Source: Curvularia clavata
Lineage: Eukaryota
Length of the DNA: 64,000 nt
Reading direction: 5' to 3'
Assembly (NCBI GenBank): GCA_023920165.1
Contig: CP089276.1
Span: 2,542,001 to 2,606,000 of the forward strand
The position numbers were made by a program, and so were the translations under genes. Shown piece by piece: positions 36,728 through 50,321 of the stretch. The notes beneath the pieces are model-generated. The model ran no database searches, had not been told where the DNA came from, and saw only the letters and a program-made list of their open reading frames with translations. Numbering within the stretch: the stretch's first letter is position 1; each line of letters opens with the position of its first letter.

Positions 36728-39700
36728 GATGGCAATGGTTGCAGAGATGTGCTGCAAGAGACGGGTGCCTGGCCATCGACCCCTCATTTGCATGGAGCAG
36801 CGTCATCCACCATCCGTCATCCGATGAGTGTGGGCTGCTTAGCAATTGCTTTGCGATGCAATGCCCCAATCTCCCGCAGATTACCCGCCCGCCTGCGCCT
36901 GCGAGGGAGCGACATGCAGGGGAATTTTGTTATGTGTGGGGTGTGCCGTTTAGATAGCACCCTGGAGCGCCTGCCGCAGCGTTTGACTAGTGTTTGTAGT
37001 ATTGTTTTGCCCAAGGCACTACATGGCCGCAACAGGCATGTACATTTGAATCCATCCATCCATCCATTGGCGCTACAGATATGCGCGCCTACACATAGAC
37101 GAAATGCGTATACGAGTGGTTGTACTGTACGACGGCATTGTTTTGTCCGGATGCCGAGGACTCCTTCGGCCAACTTCGGCAAGGCTGAAGGACAGACGTC
37201 GTGGCCCCGCAGGCGGCAAGGCGACAAGGACGGGCGGCGGCGAGATGCTCGGTCGCCTTGTACCGGAGGAGCCCGCTCGCACTGCAAAGGCATGTCCATG
37301 GTGTTGTGTCGCCGTGAAGATTTTCGGGCCGTGGCTTCAACATGTCGCTGATGGTTGTGCGTTGGCGTCGACGTCAGGCAGAGCTGTCGGCTCCTCCCGC
37401 AACAGCGAGGCAGGCGGAGGCGGAAGGCTTCCCAAAGCGGGCAGGACAAATCACGTGCACGCTATCCTGTCCAAAGTACTACCTACTACTGGGTACTACA
37501 GATTGTGTCGGTGTGTTCCTGAGCTGCAGGGAGATCAACAGCAGCGATCAGTGTCAAAATCGTACCATCCGCCATGGCCCCACGTTACATGCTGTCACTG
37601 GCTGGTCTTCTGGATGCGACAATGTCGTGCCTGCTGTTCGAGACGGCTCCGCATCGCATAGCATGCCCATACTGTATCAACACGCCTGGGACAGCAGACA
37701 GAGTCGACAGGCCGCCGTCTGCCGCCACACAGCACCACCCGCCTGTCAGACGAGGCTCGGCTTGGCAACGCCCGTCTTGCTTCGCTGCCAAACCCTGGAA
37801 ACCTGTGAACAAGGGTCCCGCGATCCCCCAGCCCCTCCTGCTGTCTTGTCGCGTGCGGCGCAAAAGCACACGACCCGCCAGTCTGGTCAGCGCTCTTCTG
37901 CTGCCCCAGTCGATGCAGCCTCTTGGGCTCCAGCTTGCTTCCTTCCTTCCTTTCTTTCCTTCTTTGCTGCTGCTTCTTGTGGTCCTCCTCTGTCTGACCT
38001 CGCCACCACACCAGGCCAGGTCCAGCCGCGCGTCCCTCGCCCCTCGCCGGGCAGCACAAAACCCCCTTCTCCCAGGTGCCGCCATCGAAACCTTCTCGAA
38101 GCCTGCTCGCCCGCCCGTGTTTCGCTTCGCGGCCGCAATGTTCGTCGTCAGTTCATGCGATGCCATGCGGCAGGCCTGTCTGTCCATCTGTCCGTGCAGG
38201 CTACACTGTCCCAAACCACCTTAACCGCATCCGGAGTAGCCCTCTGGAGGATTATTGTTTTATGCGGGCTGTGCTGATGGTGATGCGTCTGCCGTTAGAA
38301 CCTTGCATGCAGCTGCGACTACCATGCGTCCGTCCAAATCAATTCGCCGACAAGTTGTGCGCGACATCGACACCGGCTCACCCGTCGTGGCCTGGCATGC
38401 TGGCCCATGGCCATGGCCAACTCGCAGCATGACAGCCTATCATCGACGCTCCCAACCGAGCCTCTCGCCATCTCGCCCCATGGCCTCATCGGGCTTAGCG
38501 CCATGTCACTCTCGTCCAGTCTGTGGAAAGACGGACGTTTCGCTTGGGCTCCTGACCACTGCTAACACCAACCTTGACTGATCGTGCCCCCTTTCTAGCC
38601 TGCTAGTAGGCCTACTACATGCGCATTTGCCATGAAGGTATATTATTTTGCCGGCTAAGCCAAGGTGCCTCGTCATCGATGCCAATCTCGCTCTCGTCGC
38701 TCTGTCCCGTGTACCAGCAGCCATGAGCGACCATGCTCCCAACTTTTCAGGCGCCTGGCCTGAGCGACATGTCCATCTACGATTCGATTACATGCATGCG
38801 CGCACCTTTCCCCAACCAACAGGTCGTATTATGCGCACCGATGGGCCTGCTGTCTATCCATCCAACTGACTGGTCGGCGCCCTAGAGTACTTTTTCTTCC
38901 TCTCCTACGCAACCCATCCAACCAATGCATGGCGCTACATGAAAACTTGTCTTTTTTCTGCTAATCAGCCTGCATGGTTCGCCGGAAAGAATTTGCCTTT
39001 TTGCCTGTGGGTTGCTGAGTGAGAGACAAGCGGCGCCGCCGTCCTCGTCCTGAGTCTGTGTATCTGTGTGTGCATGTGTGTCTCTTGTCAGTGTGTGGCT
39101 AGTTGGCCGTCCATGTACGACGGCCATGCTTCTCAGCTGTCAGACTTTCGCCCCCGCCGCCGCTTTTATAGCAGCGGTTCCCAGCAGACGGCGAGCTGCA
39201 AGGTCCACACTACCCGTTGTTCTACACACAATACGTACGTACGTAGGTGATACGATTCAGAGAACATCTAACGGGCGCCAGAACCCCTGCTCGCCCATTG
39301 CCTCACACCCCCACAGCACGGCAGTTCCCTGTGTCCGCAGCATCTGGCCTGCGGACGCTTGCACCTGGGCTCACGCGCCTGCAGCTTGGGCGCTCATACG
39401 AAGACGCTATTAGTGCGGTGCGGCTCCTGGATCCTGCACGTCGCATACCACCTACCCCTCGCCCGCCCGCCCGCCTGCTAACCCCTTCATACACGGCGAA
39501 CCACCTGCGGACCACCGTCCCAGTCCCAGTCCCAGCACTCAAGACTTTCAGGAGATCCATACACGGCCAACGCCACCACTGCGCGCGTGAGCCACGCCGC
39601 GAGCCCGCTGCCAGTGCGTCCTCGAAACCCCGGCATGCCAGACATCGTCTCCACCTGCCCTCCCTACCATACACCTATGCGCCTGCTGCCCTGATCTGCC

Positions 39701-40069
39701 GTATAACCTAACCACGCCCGCGGCACTGCGGAGATTTCGCGAGCGCTATACCATTGTTACATACTACTGCCACATACCTGCCTACCCACTGTACACTACC
39801 ACCTGTTGTCCTCGGTGCCCGGTCTCCTGTCCACTTCTGCCCCATTTCTGCACAAAACTATCCCCTCCCGCCATCACCCACCTGCCCCCCCCAGTACACC
39901 TACCAGTCCGTCCCAGTCTGGACCGTCGTCACGCGCCGCGTTCATTGGCCGCCCACCCACGACCGCACACAACCTCATCATCGACCTGGTGGATAACCGA
40001 CAACCCCGCGGCTCGCAACCACTTGCGCCAGTTTCCGCGCTTCCACGTCTGGGTTCCTCCAACAACACC

Positions 40070-43000
40070 ATGGCCCCGGAGACAACCGGACGCCCACTGC
40101 TACCCCAAACCGCCCAGATGCAGAGCTTCACTTTTGCGCCGCCAACACTGGCGCCGCGCGAGAATCAGCGCAGTGAGTCCCTCGCATCGCCTCTGCCGCC
40201 CCGGGCGGACGAGAGAGATTGGCGGACTGGCTGACATGAACCCATCTAGACTATGTATTCGTAGACGAGCACAATAGACACAAACGCCTAAAAGGTGCGT
40301 TCCCATTGCCCCTGGCAGGCACGCAGGCACGCTGCCGTGCTTGTGTCCGCCCGGGCGTGACATGCACATGCTAACGTGATGCAGTAATGAGAGCATGCGA
40401 AGGCTGCCGCAGACGCAAAATCAAATGCGATGCGGCTACGACAAATGCATGGCCCTGCGCTGCATGCATCCGCTTAAAACTGAACTGCGTACCACCTACA
40501 GTCAACTACGACAAGGACTATAACGGCTCGCAGACCTTTGATCTCGAACCCAAGTCCATGGAGTACCCTACCGATGCCCCTTCCCAAGAGGACTACCAAC
40601 GCCATGCGTCCATGGCCCAAGCCGTGCCTCATGGCATGCCACTGTCCATGCCCGGCTCCGCCCAAGCCATGTACCAGCCTTCGCCCTATGTCGACCAACA
40701 GTCACAAGAACAATGCCATTACCAGCCCTTGTCGCAGCCTCAGGTCGTCCAGCAAACAATGGGCTATGCTGCCCAACAGCCCTACCCACAAGCATCGCCC
40801 GCACCACCAACTATACTGACTCCACCCGAATCGGAGCCCCATTGGCGAAGTGATTCTGCTTCCAGCCTGTCCGAGGCTTTGGGTGAACTCAAGATAGATC
40901 ACACCGCTGTTGGTAAGATGTACCGAGCTCCTGATCAAACGCAAACGAGACTAACCACGTGTGCAGCGCCCTACATCACAAACATGAAGAAGACGCTGGC
41001 TGAGACACCAGCGCAAGAGGAGTACGAGGTACAGTTACCGCAATCAGTCAGCCTCGATCACACCGTCCGCATACCGCCAGAAATGATGCCTTCCGACGAG
41101 CAGGCTCTGCATTATTTCGACTACTTCTTTGCCAATGTTCACCCCTATTGCCCTGTCATCAACAAGGCCTATTTCTATCAGCAATGGCACAGCGCACCAG
41201 ATTCGATTTCGCCCCTCATGCTTGAGTCCATCTTTGCCTGCTCTACTCTGATGCTTGGAGACGTGGAAGAAGGTAACAAGTGGCTAGCCCTCGCAACAAG
41301 TGAGTAATCTCCTGCGCTATGGTTTGATTCGCCATGCTAACAACATCCCTCTTAGGACATGAAGAAAGCTTCAGGGACGTGTCACGACTGAGTACCATGC
41401 AGGCTATGATACTTCTTCTCAAGGCGCGTGAAGCCTCACCCAAGCGCGGATATTTCTGGCGTTCCTGGATGGCTACCGTCAGTTTGGTGGCAATGGGAAA
41501 AGACCTGGAGTTGCATGAACATTACGACACTCATCAGATGGGAAAGTCATGTGGATCGACACAGCACGATTGTGTCGTCAAGACAAGAGTGTGGCAGATG
41601 TGTCTGATTTTTGAAGTCATGATTGGTGGTCCTCAAGGTATGTTACTCGACAGATAGCTTGACTTGGAGTCCTAACCACATTGCGTAGGTCGCTATGATT
41701 TTGGTGTTGATATTGACACTGTCGATTTTGAAATGCCCAGGCCAATGGCTGGACAGGATCCCAGTGAGCTCCAGATCGCGCGCCAATTTGTTCAGTTTAC
41801 CCGCATCGCCAAAAACGTATATCACTCTGCTCTTATATACGGGAAGCTCAGGAAGAAGACGCCGGATTGGGCATTGGATCCTTCTTTCGTGGGCCACAAC
41901 ACCGACTTTTCCATTTGGCTACGAGAATTGCCCGAGGATATGCAGCTTGTCTACCCCCAGGATGGCTCTGCTCCCTGGATTCCATCTCATCAGATTGCGA
42001 ATATGCACAGCTACCACTGCCTAGCCATCATCATGCATTTCCGGCCTCAGTTGCATGCTGTATCCGATTCGTACGATGGCATATGGAAGCAGCATATGCT
42101 GACTTGTTACTCGGCTGCCAAGAATCTATGCAAGCTGCAGGAGGCCATTCTCAAAACTTATGGTATGCCAGGTCTATTGTGCATGATGAGAGGCATTAGC
42201 TTCCATATCTACGCTGTGCTCACTTGCACTATGCTTCATCTTGTAAGTATTGACAGTACCATTACTGTCGTTTATTCACTAACAGTCATAGGTCGCGGTG
42301 ACCTGCCCTGACCCGGACATCAACCATGACGCTAGAGACTTTTTCGTGAGACACGTGCGCGTTCTGGAGACCATATCCCCGTCGTTTCCTATGCCCGAGA
42401 TGCAACAGCAAGTCAACAGCCTGCGTCAAGCGTTTTCAGCCGATTGCTCCAAGCCATTTGAGCTAAAGCCATCGTTTCCCTTTGGGAGTCCTCAAGTGGC
42501 TGCACAAACGAGTCCCTTAAGCCACCAAGGCTCTTATCGACCTCGTCATTCGAGCCATTCATCGCCCATGGAACAACCAGGTCAGGTCAACTACCATGCA
42601 CATCCTATCACTCCACCAATCTCGGCATCCGACCACGGATCAAAGGCTGACTCTCCCGTAGCCCAGTCTTTGGTCATGATGGCATCTGGTCAGCGTGGAC
42701 CCCAGTCCGCATCTAACCTGCAGATGCCGGATAATGTACAATGGAATCCACAACGCATATTTGAGTGAGTTGCACCAAAGTTTGCAACAGGCTTGTGTCA
42801 TGCTAACTTGATACAGTCAATGGAATGTTGCCTTTGGTACGCCCCCTCCTACTAGCGCCTCCTCCCAGTCTTCCCCGCCGCTAAGACCCACCCCTTCAGG
42901 AACCAATTACGACATGCGGCAGGCGCAAGATTCCATGCAGCCCGGCTACCAAATGGCGAATACTTCGCCTCAGTCCAGTCACGTTCATGGCGCACCCGGT

Positions 43001-43159
43001 CAAATGCCGCCATCATCAACTTACAGTAATGCTGCACCAGTCTATGTCACCCCGACTATGTGGCAGGAGGCCGTCGCCAGTTCTTTACCAGACGGTCTCA
43101 AGCGCAGATGGGATGGCAATTCCATGGCAGATCAGTCCATGTACAAGCGATCGCGTTGA
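40070..43159 (+). CDS. Conserved Zn2Cys6 transcription factor with fungal TF domain (multi-exon)
   Basis: NYVFVDEHNRHKRLK|VMRACEGCRRRKIKCDAATTNAWPCAACIRLKLNC, YFFANVHPYCPVI, WNPQRIFD and LKRRW. Confidence 0.9.
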
Positions 43160-45943
43160 GGGAGAGAATGCGTTTGAGAGAGAGAAAAAAAAGTGAAAGA
43201 CATGAGGTGTGTCTATGAACGGAAGAGATCATACCGCTCGCATCAGGATCATCACAGTCGTCCTATGGAACGAAGACACCCAGGGAAAGCGAACTACGCA
43301 TACGGCCAGGGGATAGGATTCTTCAGTGTGCCGATCAGGAGAAAAGGTGAAGAACATGCACATGTTGATGTCGGTAACGCGCTCGCTCCAAGCCGTTGTC
43401 CGGGTCAAAGAGTTTGTTCTTTCTGCCTCAAATCCTTTCCAGGTGGTCACATCATCTTTGCCACCAGCTGCTCTGATGTGTTGCAAAATAGCAGCCCAAG
43501 CACTATGCACCAAGACACAAGCGCAGATGTACGATATATTGACCTTGCACTATACGCAGGCACGACGGGATAATGAATAAGCAACGCTAGTGACAAATCC
43601 TAGCGCGATGCTGTTACTGTAATACTAGTATGGCTAGACAAAATATTCACAAGTTGTCGCTACATGTACGCCAACCTTCCTTGTTCGTCAAGCTACTGTG
43701 TGCAGTGCGATCTCTTGCATTGACCCATACAAAAGTGGGCATTCTGATAACCTCAACATTTCGACGCCTCACCTGCACGGGTACTTGGAGCTGGTAGGAT
43801 GATCTCACAAATGTCGCAGTCTGCGTAACTCCGTGGAGACTTGTACTTGGATCATTTTCGTGTCCCTGCGCTCACTCCCCACTCCAATCTATCCTTTCTG
43901 TCTCGCGTGCAAGAGGAGCGGTTCTAGCCACCGTGTTCTACAGATGCAGAAAACAATCAAGAACATTGCATACATATTTCCGTCCATTCTAGCCAGTATC
44001 ATCTGCAAGTGTTCTTTAGTTGAAGCCACAAAAGCCGAACGGTTCCTTCCATCAAATGCACCAATCAGAGATTTGCATGTGGGGGAGGGCTGGATTCATG
44101 GTGCGCCTTAAGTTGCCATGCCCTCTTTCCGCCCTGCCGTAAAGCAGCAGCCCAACTGATGTCGTCCTTGCCTCTGACGGGCCAATGCAATATTGGAAAT
44201 TCCGCAGACATTTTGCAATCGGACCGCTATTCGTTGTGAGGTACCACGACATCCTGGTCAGTACCGGCAATCAATTCGCGGGCTCATCAAACCGGGTTGT
44301 TCGGGTCCAGGCAATATCGACGACACCCACAAGGCTGGAAAAGATCCCGAGGCTCAACGGTCTAGTTCGATTTTCTGACGAAAACTTCAGCATGTGAAAT
44401 TGTGCTATGCGCGGGTAGACAGCGTCCCCCTTGCAACTTGGCCTCCGGGTCAACCAACACGGACCGCTTCGCAATGTGGAGAAGAAGCGCTAAGGAATCG
44501 AAAGGATGAATCCTGACAAGGTAGGGACGGGTGGTAGTCAACGTACGCTACTGCAGCATATCACGAATGTGGGCGTACGTGAGCATGTGGTATCAAACCT
44601 AATACAAGCAAAAGTTACATCGCTGATGCAGCTAGCCACACCGACTAATATCACACACCCCACTACTCTCAGAGTTATGCATTTCTATTACCCTTTCCCC
44701 ACGGGATTTGCCTTCTGTTGTGTCAGGGTGCCGTATGTATGTACCATCCGTAAGTGTTTCCAAGACGATAATCCCAGCAATTTGCTATCCTTCTTCTAAA
44801 CCCCCCTGACCCCTGGTTTCATCACTCCACAGTAGACGATGATTACCCACAATTGTGTACCCACCGATAGCATTACTCGCCTTGGCCGCGACAATGATGG
44901 ACCGGTCCTTGCCTCGTCGACTTGTGCAACGAGTCATGCCGTTAGCAAAGGGGAGTCGTTGCCGATCTGGCGATTGTGCGCCTGCTGGGGCTTGCCACGC
45001 ATCATGATCGACATTGAGAAACAAGATAGTAGTAGCAAGGGAAACTGGGGGGCAAGGAGAGGAGGCTGGAAAAATTGGCGAGACACAGTCGCTACGAAGA
45101 AGGGCCGGCTGGTATCTGGCTGTGTGGGGCTCTGTCTCTCCTCTCATCATCCATTGCTGACTTCCTCGCTGGCTCACCGCGAAGAATTTGACGACACGGC
45201 TCAGAAATCACAGGGTGTTTGATGTACTCTGTCAGCCAAACAAGAAGAAAAAGTTTCCGTGCCTAAACATCCGCGCAATGGATATGATCCCTTCATTTTG
45301 CGGCCATGTATTAAACTTTTGTGGCTCGTAATCCACAACCGGACATTGCATGGGCGTTCCTCAGGGCTTGATGTTTGTCGCATTCGTTCAATGTCGGCTC
45401 GTGTATGTCGGGCTACATAGCCGGCTTGTCACTATCCAAACAGTGCGAGGTATATCGAAGTTCTGAAATGCGCACTGAATTCAGGACTTCTGCACGGACT
45501 GTTCTGACACAAGTTACAGAAAGGTTTGTGGGACAAGTTGCCGAGTACCGACGACGACTGAGAACAGGCAAAGTCCAGGCCAGAGCGAAAAGTTTAGCGT
45601 TCCACTGACCGCGGATGACGACTCAGATAACTATCTCGTGAGAAGGTTACATCTCTAGAGTAAGAATGATGTCTGAGCTCTTTGTTCAAGCGTACATATC
45701 CAATATTGTCAATGTTCGGGACCGTAAAGGCTTGGCGAGAAAAAACTCAGGGGAATCGCGCGGTTGCGTTCCACTGGCGAACCTAGTGGGTCTGGCGAGC
45801 TATTCTGCTATCGAGGAACTATTCAAACTTCGCGCAGGGATAGAGCTGCTTGTATTCCTCTTGACATTGATGCAGGGACGCAGACTAACGGGGAAGTATG
45901 GAAGAACTGGGACCGGAATCCACCAATCCAGAAGCGATCAGAA

Positions 45944-47800
45944 CTAATCTTGACGCATGCCGATGATGGGATACTCTCTCTCGTTCCCGTATCCTATGTG
46001 TGGCGTTGTACCTCTCTCTTTCGGTAGTACCGAATTTAGGAATGCGCCTACAATAGCAGCAATGACAAAGGGTGTTTCGACAGCGAGATTGATACCTTGT
46101 TCAAATCCGACCAGATTCTGATTTGGCCCCTCGTAAGCCAGGACTTGTGCAAACCAGTCTGGTTGACAAATGTCCATGAACCCAATACCAAGTGTAACGG
46201 CGAGAATAAAGCGGTCGCGGCGCGTCCATGGAATGAGGGCGAGAACTCGTACACCCGCTACGGCGATGGTACTGTAGAGAAACACTTGCATGCCGCCGAG
46301 TACAGAGGGAGGCATAGAAGCAAAGACAGCTCCAAACTTGGCAATGATTCCCATGATAATCAGGAAGCCACTTGCTGCCCACCCTGCTCGACGAGATGCA
46401 CAGCCTGTGAGAACTATGACACCGTTGTTACCAGCCTGGCTGACCATCGGTGGGCCAGTAGCCAGCGCACTGAAGAAGCTGCCGATTCCATCGCACAAAA
46501 TGCCACCCTGAACCCGACTGTTGAACACTGTCCCCTCAATGTCTACGTCAGACAACTCAGCGGTAGCCAGAATATCCGGGATACAAGAAACTGCTTGGCA
46601 AGCAAACATAATAATCATGGGCAACACCAGTGCGCCATCGACAGAGAGCTTGAACGTATGTACCCAGAGGAAAGTGCCTCTAGGTGCTTGGTCAAGTTGC
46701 TCAGTCGACCAGTATCCAGTTGCGCCCGAGATGGCACAACCAACGGCAAGACCAATGACAACAGACGCTGAGCGCATGAGTGGTGCGCCTACCGCTTCCA
46801 CAAGCACAATAGTCGCAAAAACACTGAATCCCAGTCCAATCAGCTTGGGGTGTCCCCAAACCAATGGCCTAGGAGCAGAAATATCCGGACACAGAGCATA
46901 GAAGCCCTCGCCGCCATGGCAATTCGACGATCCGCCCCAGTTCTGCAACCCATTGCCGACAAGATACACGCCCACGAGCGTCAAGAGCGACCCCGTGATG
47001 AGCTTGGGGAAGACCCTATTCAGGATCTTGGGCGGAACAAATGCCATTGCGATCTGGATCCAAACACAACATAGCATGGTACCGAGACAGGCGCCCCAGG
47101 CATCTGGACACGGCGCGCGGGTGCCGTCTTCAGACACAGAACAAGTTCCCGACTTGTACCGTAGAGCAGCGTAGTTGAAGACGATGGGGAGGATGTCGAA
47201 AGTCGGACCGACGACACTCAAGAGTCCCGTGCCGATGAAGAAGGGTGTTTTCATAATGTGGAGTCGCGTGACTTGCAGGGCGGTAGCTATTCCGGTGGTG
47301 ATGAAGGCCGTGGAGACAAGGTAAGTAGTCATTTCTGCGTCGAAGTTGAAGGCTCCTGAGGCAATGGCGAGGGGTGGCGAGACGATGGAGCCGATCATGG
47401 TGAGGGCGTGTTGCAGACCGAGCAGAAGCGTTAGGAGTATGGGGACGCGGTCGTTGAGACCGAAGAACGGGGCTTTGTAATCTTTATATTTGCGATTCAA
47501 GGGCCAGATATTGGGGGTGATGAGGTAGATATAGTCCTTGTATCACTGTTAGTCTCGTGGGTACTAGGGGAGTGCTTGTTTGAAGGACGCATTTACGTAG
47601 TCTCCAATCCACCCATCTCTCGTCGTGAATGCATGCTTGATCTCTGCAACTGTGTCTTGCCATTTCGTGGTTACGGTGCCTACTTCATGGCTAGTTGGTG
47701 GTGAGTAGGAGCCTGTTTCTTTGGCATAGTGTGACTTTGACTTGACCTCGACATGGGGTTCCATGGCCATGGCAGATGTCGAAGCTGAAGTGTGGATCAT
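45944..47800 (-). CDS. NAT/NCS2 (UapA-like) nucleobase permease with a variant signature
   Basis: GWIGDY|DYIYL, PFFGLND, LGLQHAL, IGTGLLSVVG, SRVQGGILCDG and signature QAGNNGVIVLTG. Start uncertain (47800, 47770 or 47764). Confidence 0.9.
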
Positions 47801-48796
47801 GACCCCAAACAGCAGCGCGCGACGTTGATAAATACCATCGCGCCATATGCTTGTGTGACCTTATCGGTGCAATCATTGACTCGCAGGAATACACTCTCTT
47901 GCCACATGGGACGGAACATGCAGGGACCCTAGTTGAAGTGACAGATGCTATGTTAGTCAGTTTTTTATACCGAAAGCGTACGTGTAATATTGTATCGTGC
48001 GAAATGTACTTCAATAGTCTATGAAAGCCTTTTTTCGCCAGATTCTCTCACTTTCTTCAGTTGAACTGTTTGGTAACGAAGTTTTGATCAAGCTTTATTA
48101 TCTTGTTCTCTTACCTACAGAATGCTTCTCTGACTGGTAGATGGAGTAAAAAACGATGTGGTTCGTCTGATACTACCAGGAAAACACTACTAGCAAAACA
48201 AACCTACTGTGATTGGTAGTACACATGCAGGTATCGTTTGGAAAAAGCTGCAAGTCAGCTTATTGTTTACATTGAATACCCCTGTCTATGTTACTGCGGG
48301 CGCTAGGAGCCTTTCGCTCGGTAGCATATCTTCTCCATGATAGGCGTTCGTGGGTTTATGGATATCACGGCCGCCAGTTCAGCGGAAGATTGCTATCAGC
48401 TGATAGCATAACAATCAAAGAAAATAAAAGCATTCTAGGTTCGCGGTGATGAGCAGTCTACTAGAGGCAAGAAGATAAGGCACTGCTATCAGATTAGCGT
48501 CGGCCGCCCCCTGTCACTTTAGCCGAGCGTGCGGAGGTGGATAACTGCAGTCATTACACATTGCTGTACGTGTGGCACAACCGACGAGGGGCAAGCGACT
48601 AGCCAGGTGTGGGGATATTGGCCGAGTGGAGCTACAGAGGATTCCTGGTATGCAATATTTTCTTGCTGAAGATTTCGCCAGCCTTCGAAGACCTCAAATA
48701 CATCCTTTGTCTTGAAAAAGGCTGTTTCTAGCATTAGGTTGCATTGCAGGGACTTCGCCGCCTCGACTTCTATCCTCACCTTTGGCCAAAGCAACA

Positions 48797-50319
48797 ATGG
48801 ATTTAGCAACGATGGATCTAGATCTAGCAAGCGATGCTACATTGACTCTGCTGGTCCATGCAACAATAATCACTGTCAACAAGAGCCGAGAAATCATCTT
48901 GGATGGCGCACTTCTCATTGAAAATGACCGCATCAAACTGCTTGGAAAGACTGCAGACCTCGGGATGCTACCCGCAGGCAATCGAGATCTGGAAATTATT
49001 GATTGTTCGAACAAAATTGTTATTCCGGGTCTCATCAACACCCATGCCCATCTGGCCCAGTCGCTACTGCGAGGACTCGCCGAGGATCTCCCTCTTCACA
49101 ACTGGTTATGCGACGCTATCTGGCCTTTGGAGGCAAACTATGCTGAAGATGATGGTTTTGTTGCGTCGATGTTGACAATAGCCGAGATGCTCAAAACGGG
49201 AACGACTTGTTTCCTTGAAGCAATGCTCACGCATCGAAGCGGGCTTGAGAATGCAGTCCGAGCCGTAGAACAGAGTGGAATAAGAGCTTGCTTGGTGAGT
49301 TTGATAACGCCTGGAATTCGGATAGCCGCTAATGTAGACCGCAGGGTAAATTGATCAAGGCTGCTGAATCAAACCCAGACCTCAACATGAAGGATGCAAG
49401 AGATCGTGACGTCGACTCTATGTCTGTAGATGTTGCCCTTGCAGCACACAAGAAGTACCATAATACCTGCGAAAACCGTCTACACATATGGTTTGCCGCT
49501 GGAACACCTCGTGGATCTCCAATGGCCGCTCATGCCTCAATAGGCGAGACGGCGCAAAAAAACAACATTGGTCTTACCATGCATTGTGCGGAAGCGCCGA
49601 AGGATCTTTCCATCTATCGGCAATACTACCAGTGCAGCCCTTTTGAATTTTGTCGAGACGCTTCGCTGACAGGCTCCAAAAGTGTATTTGCACATTGTGT
49701 ACACCCGGATCCAGCAGCTGGGGACTTTGACATTCTCCGCGAAAGCAAGAGTACCGTTTCGCACAATCCGACAAGTAACCTTAAGCTTGGCTCGGGAGTG
49801 GCACCAATCCCGGATATGGTGGCAAATGGTGTGAATGTGACACTGGGGACAGACGGCGCGCCTTGCAACAACACATACGACATGTTCCGTGAGATGCATC
49901 TAGCATCGATACTCCATGGTGGAGTGAGGCAGAATGCCGGTGTGCTGAGTGCATATGATGTTCTAGAGTTTGCTACAATAAATGGAGCAAAAGCGCTTGG
50001 GTTGGAGGATGATATCGGCAGTTTGGAAGTGGGAAAGAAAGCGGACATTGTCATTGTGGAACCAAAAAGCCTTTCTAGCGCTCCTTGGTCTGCAACTCAG
50101 CAACATACCGGCGGCATCGATCCGGTCACAGTACTAGTCCATTCTTCGGGAGCGGATGTCGATATTGTAATGGTCGACGGCGATGTTCTTGTCCGTAACG
50201 GCAAGTTGGTGCGTTTTGACGAGGACATAATCAGACTGGGAGCGAGGCGTTCGATAATCGGCATACGACAAAGGAGCGGCATAGGCGCGAGAAACCACAT
50301 GTCATTAAAGTATACATAG
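48797..50319 (+). CDS. Amidohydrolase, AtzA/TrzA/MTA-SAH/guanine deaminase-like
   Basis: PGLINTHAH, MLKTGTT, MHCAE, FAHCVH, HNPTSNLKLGSG, LGTDG, GSLEVGKKAD. Intron ~49294-49345. Confidence 0.92.
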
Positions 50320-50321
50320 AC

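Noticed and set aside
36234..38581. Several 180-311 aa overlapping ORFs
   Set aside because: R/C/P/A-rich and motif-free, on both strands; explained by high GC and microsatellites.
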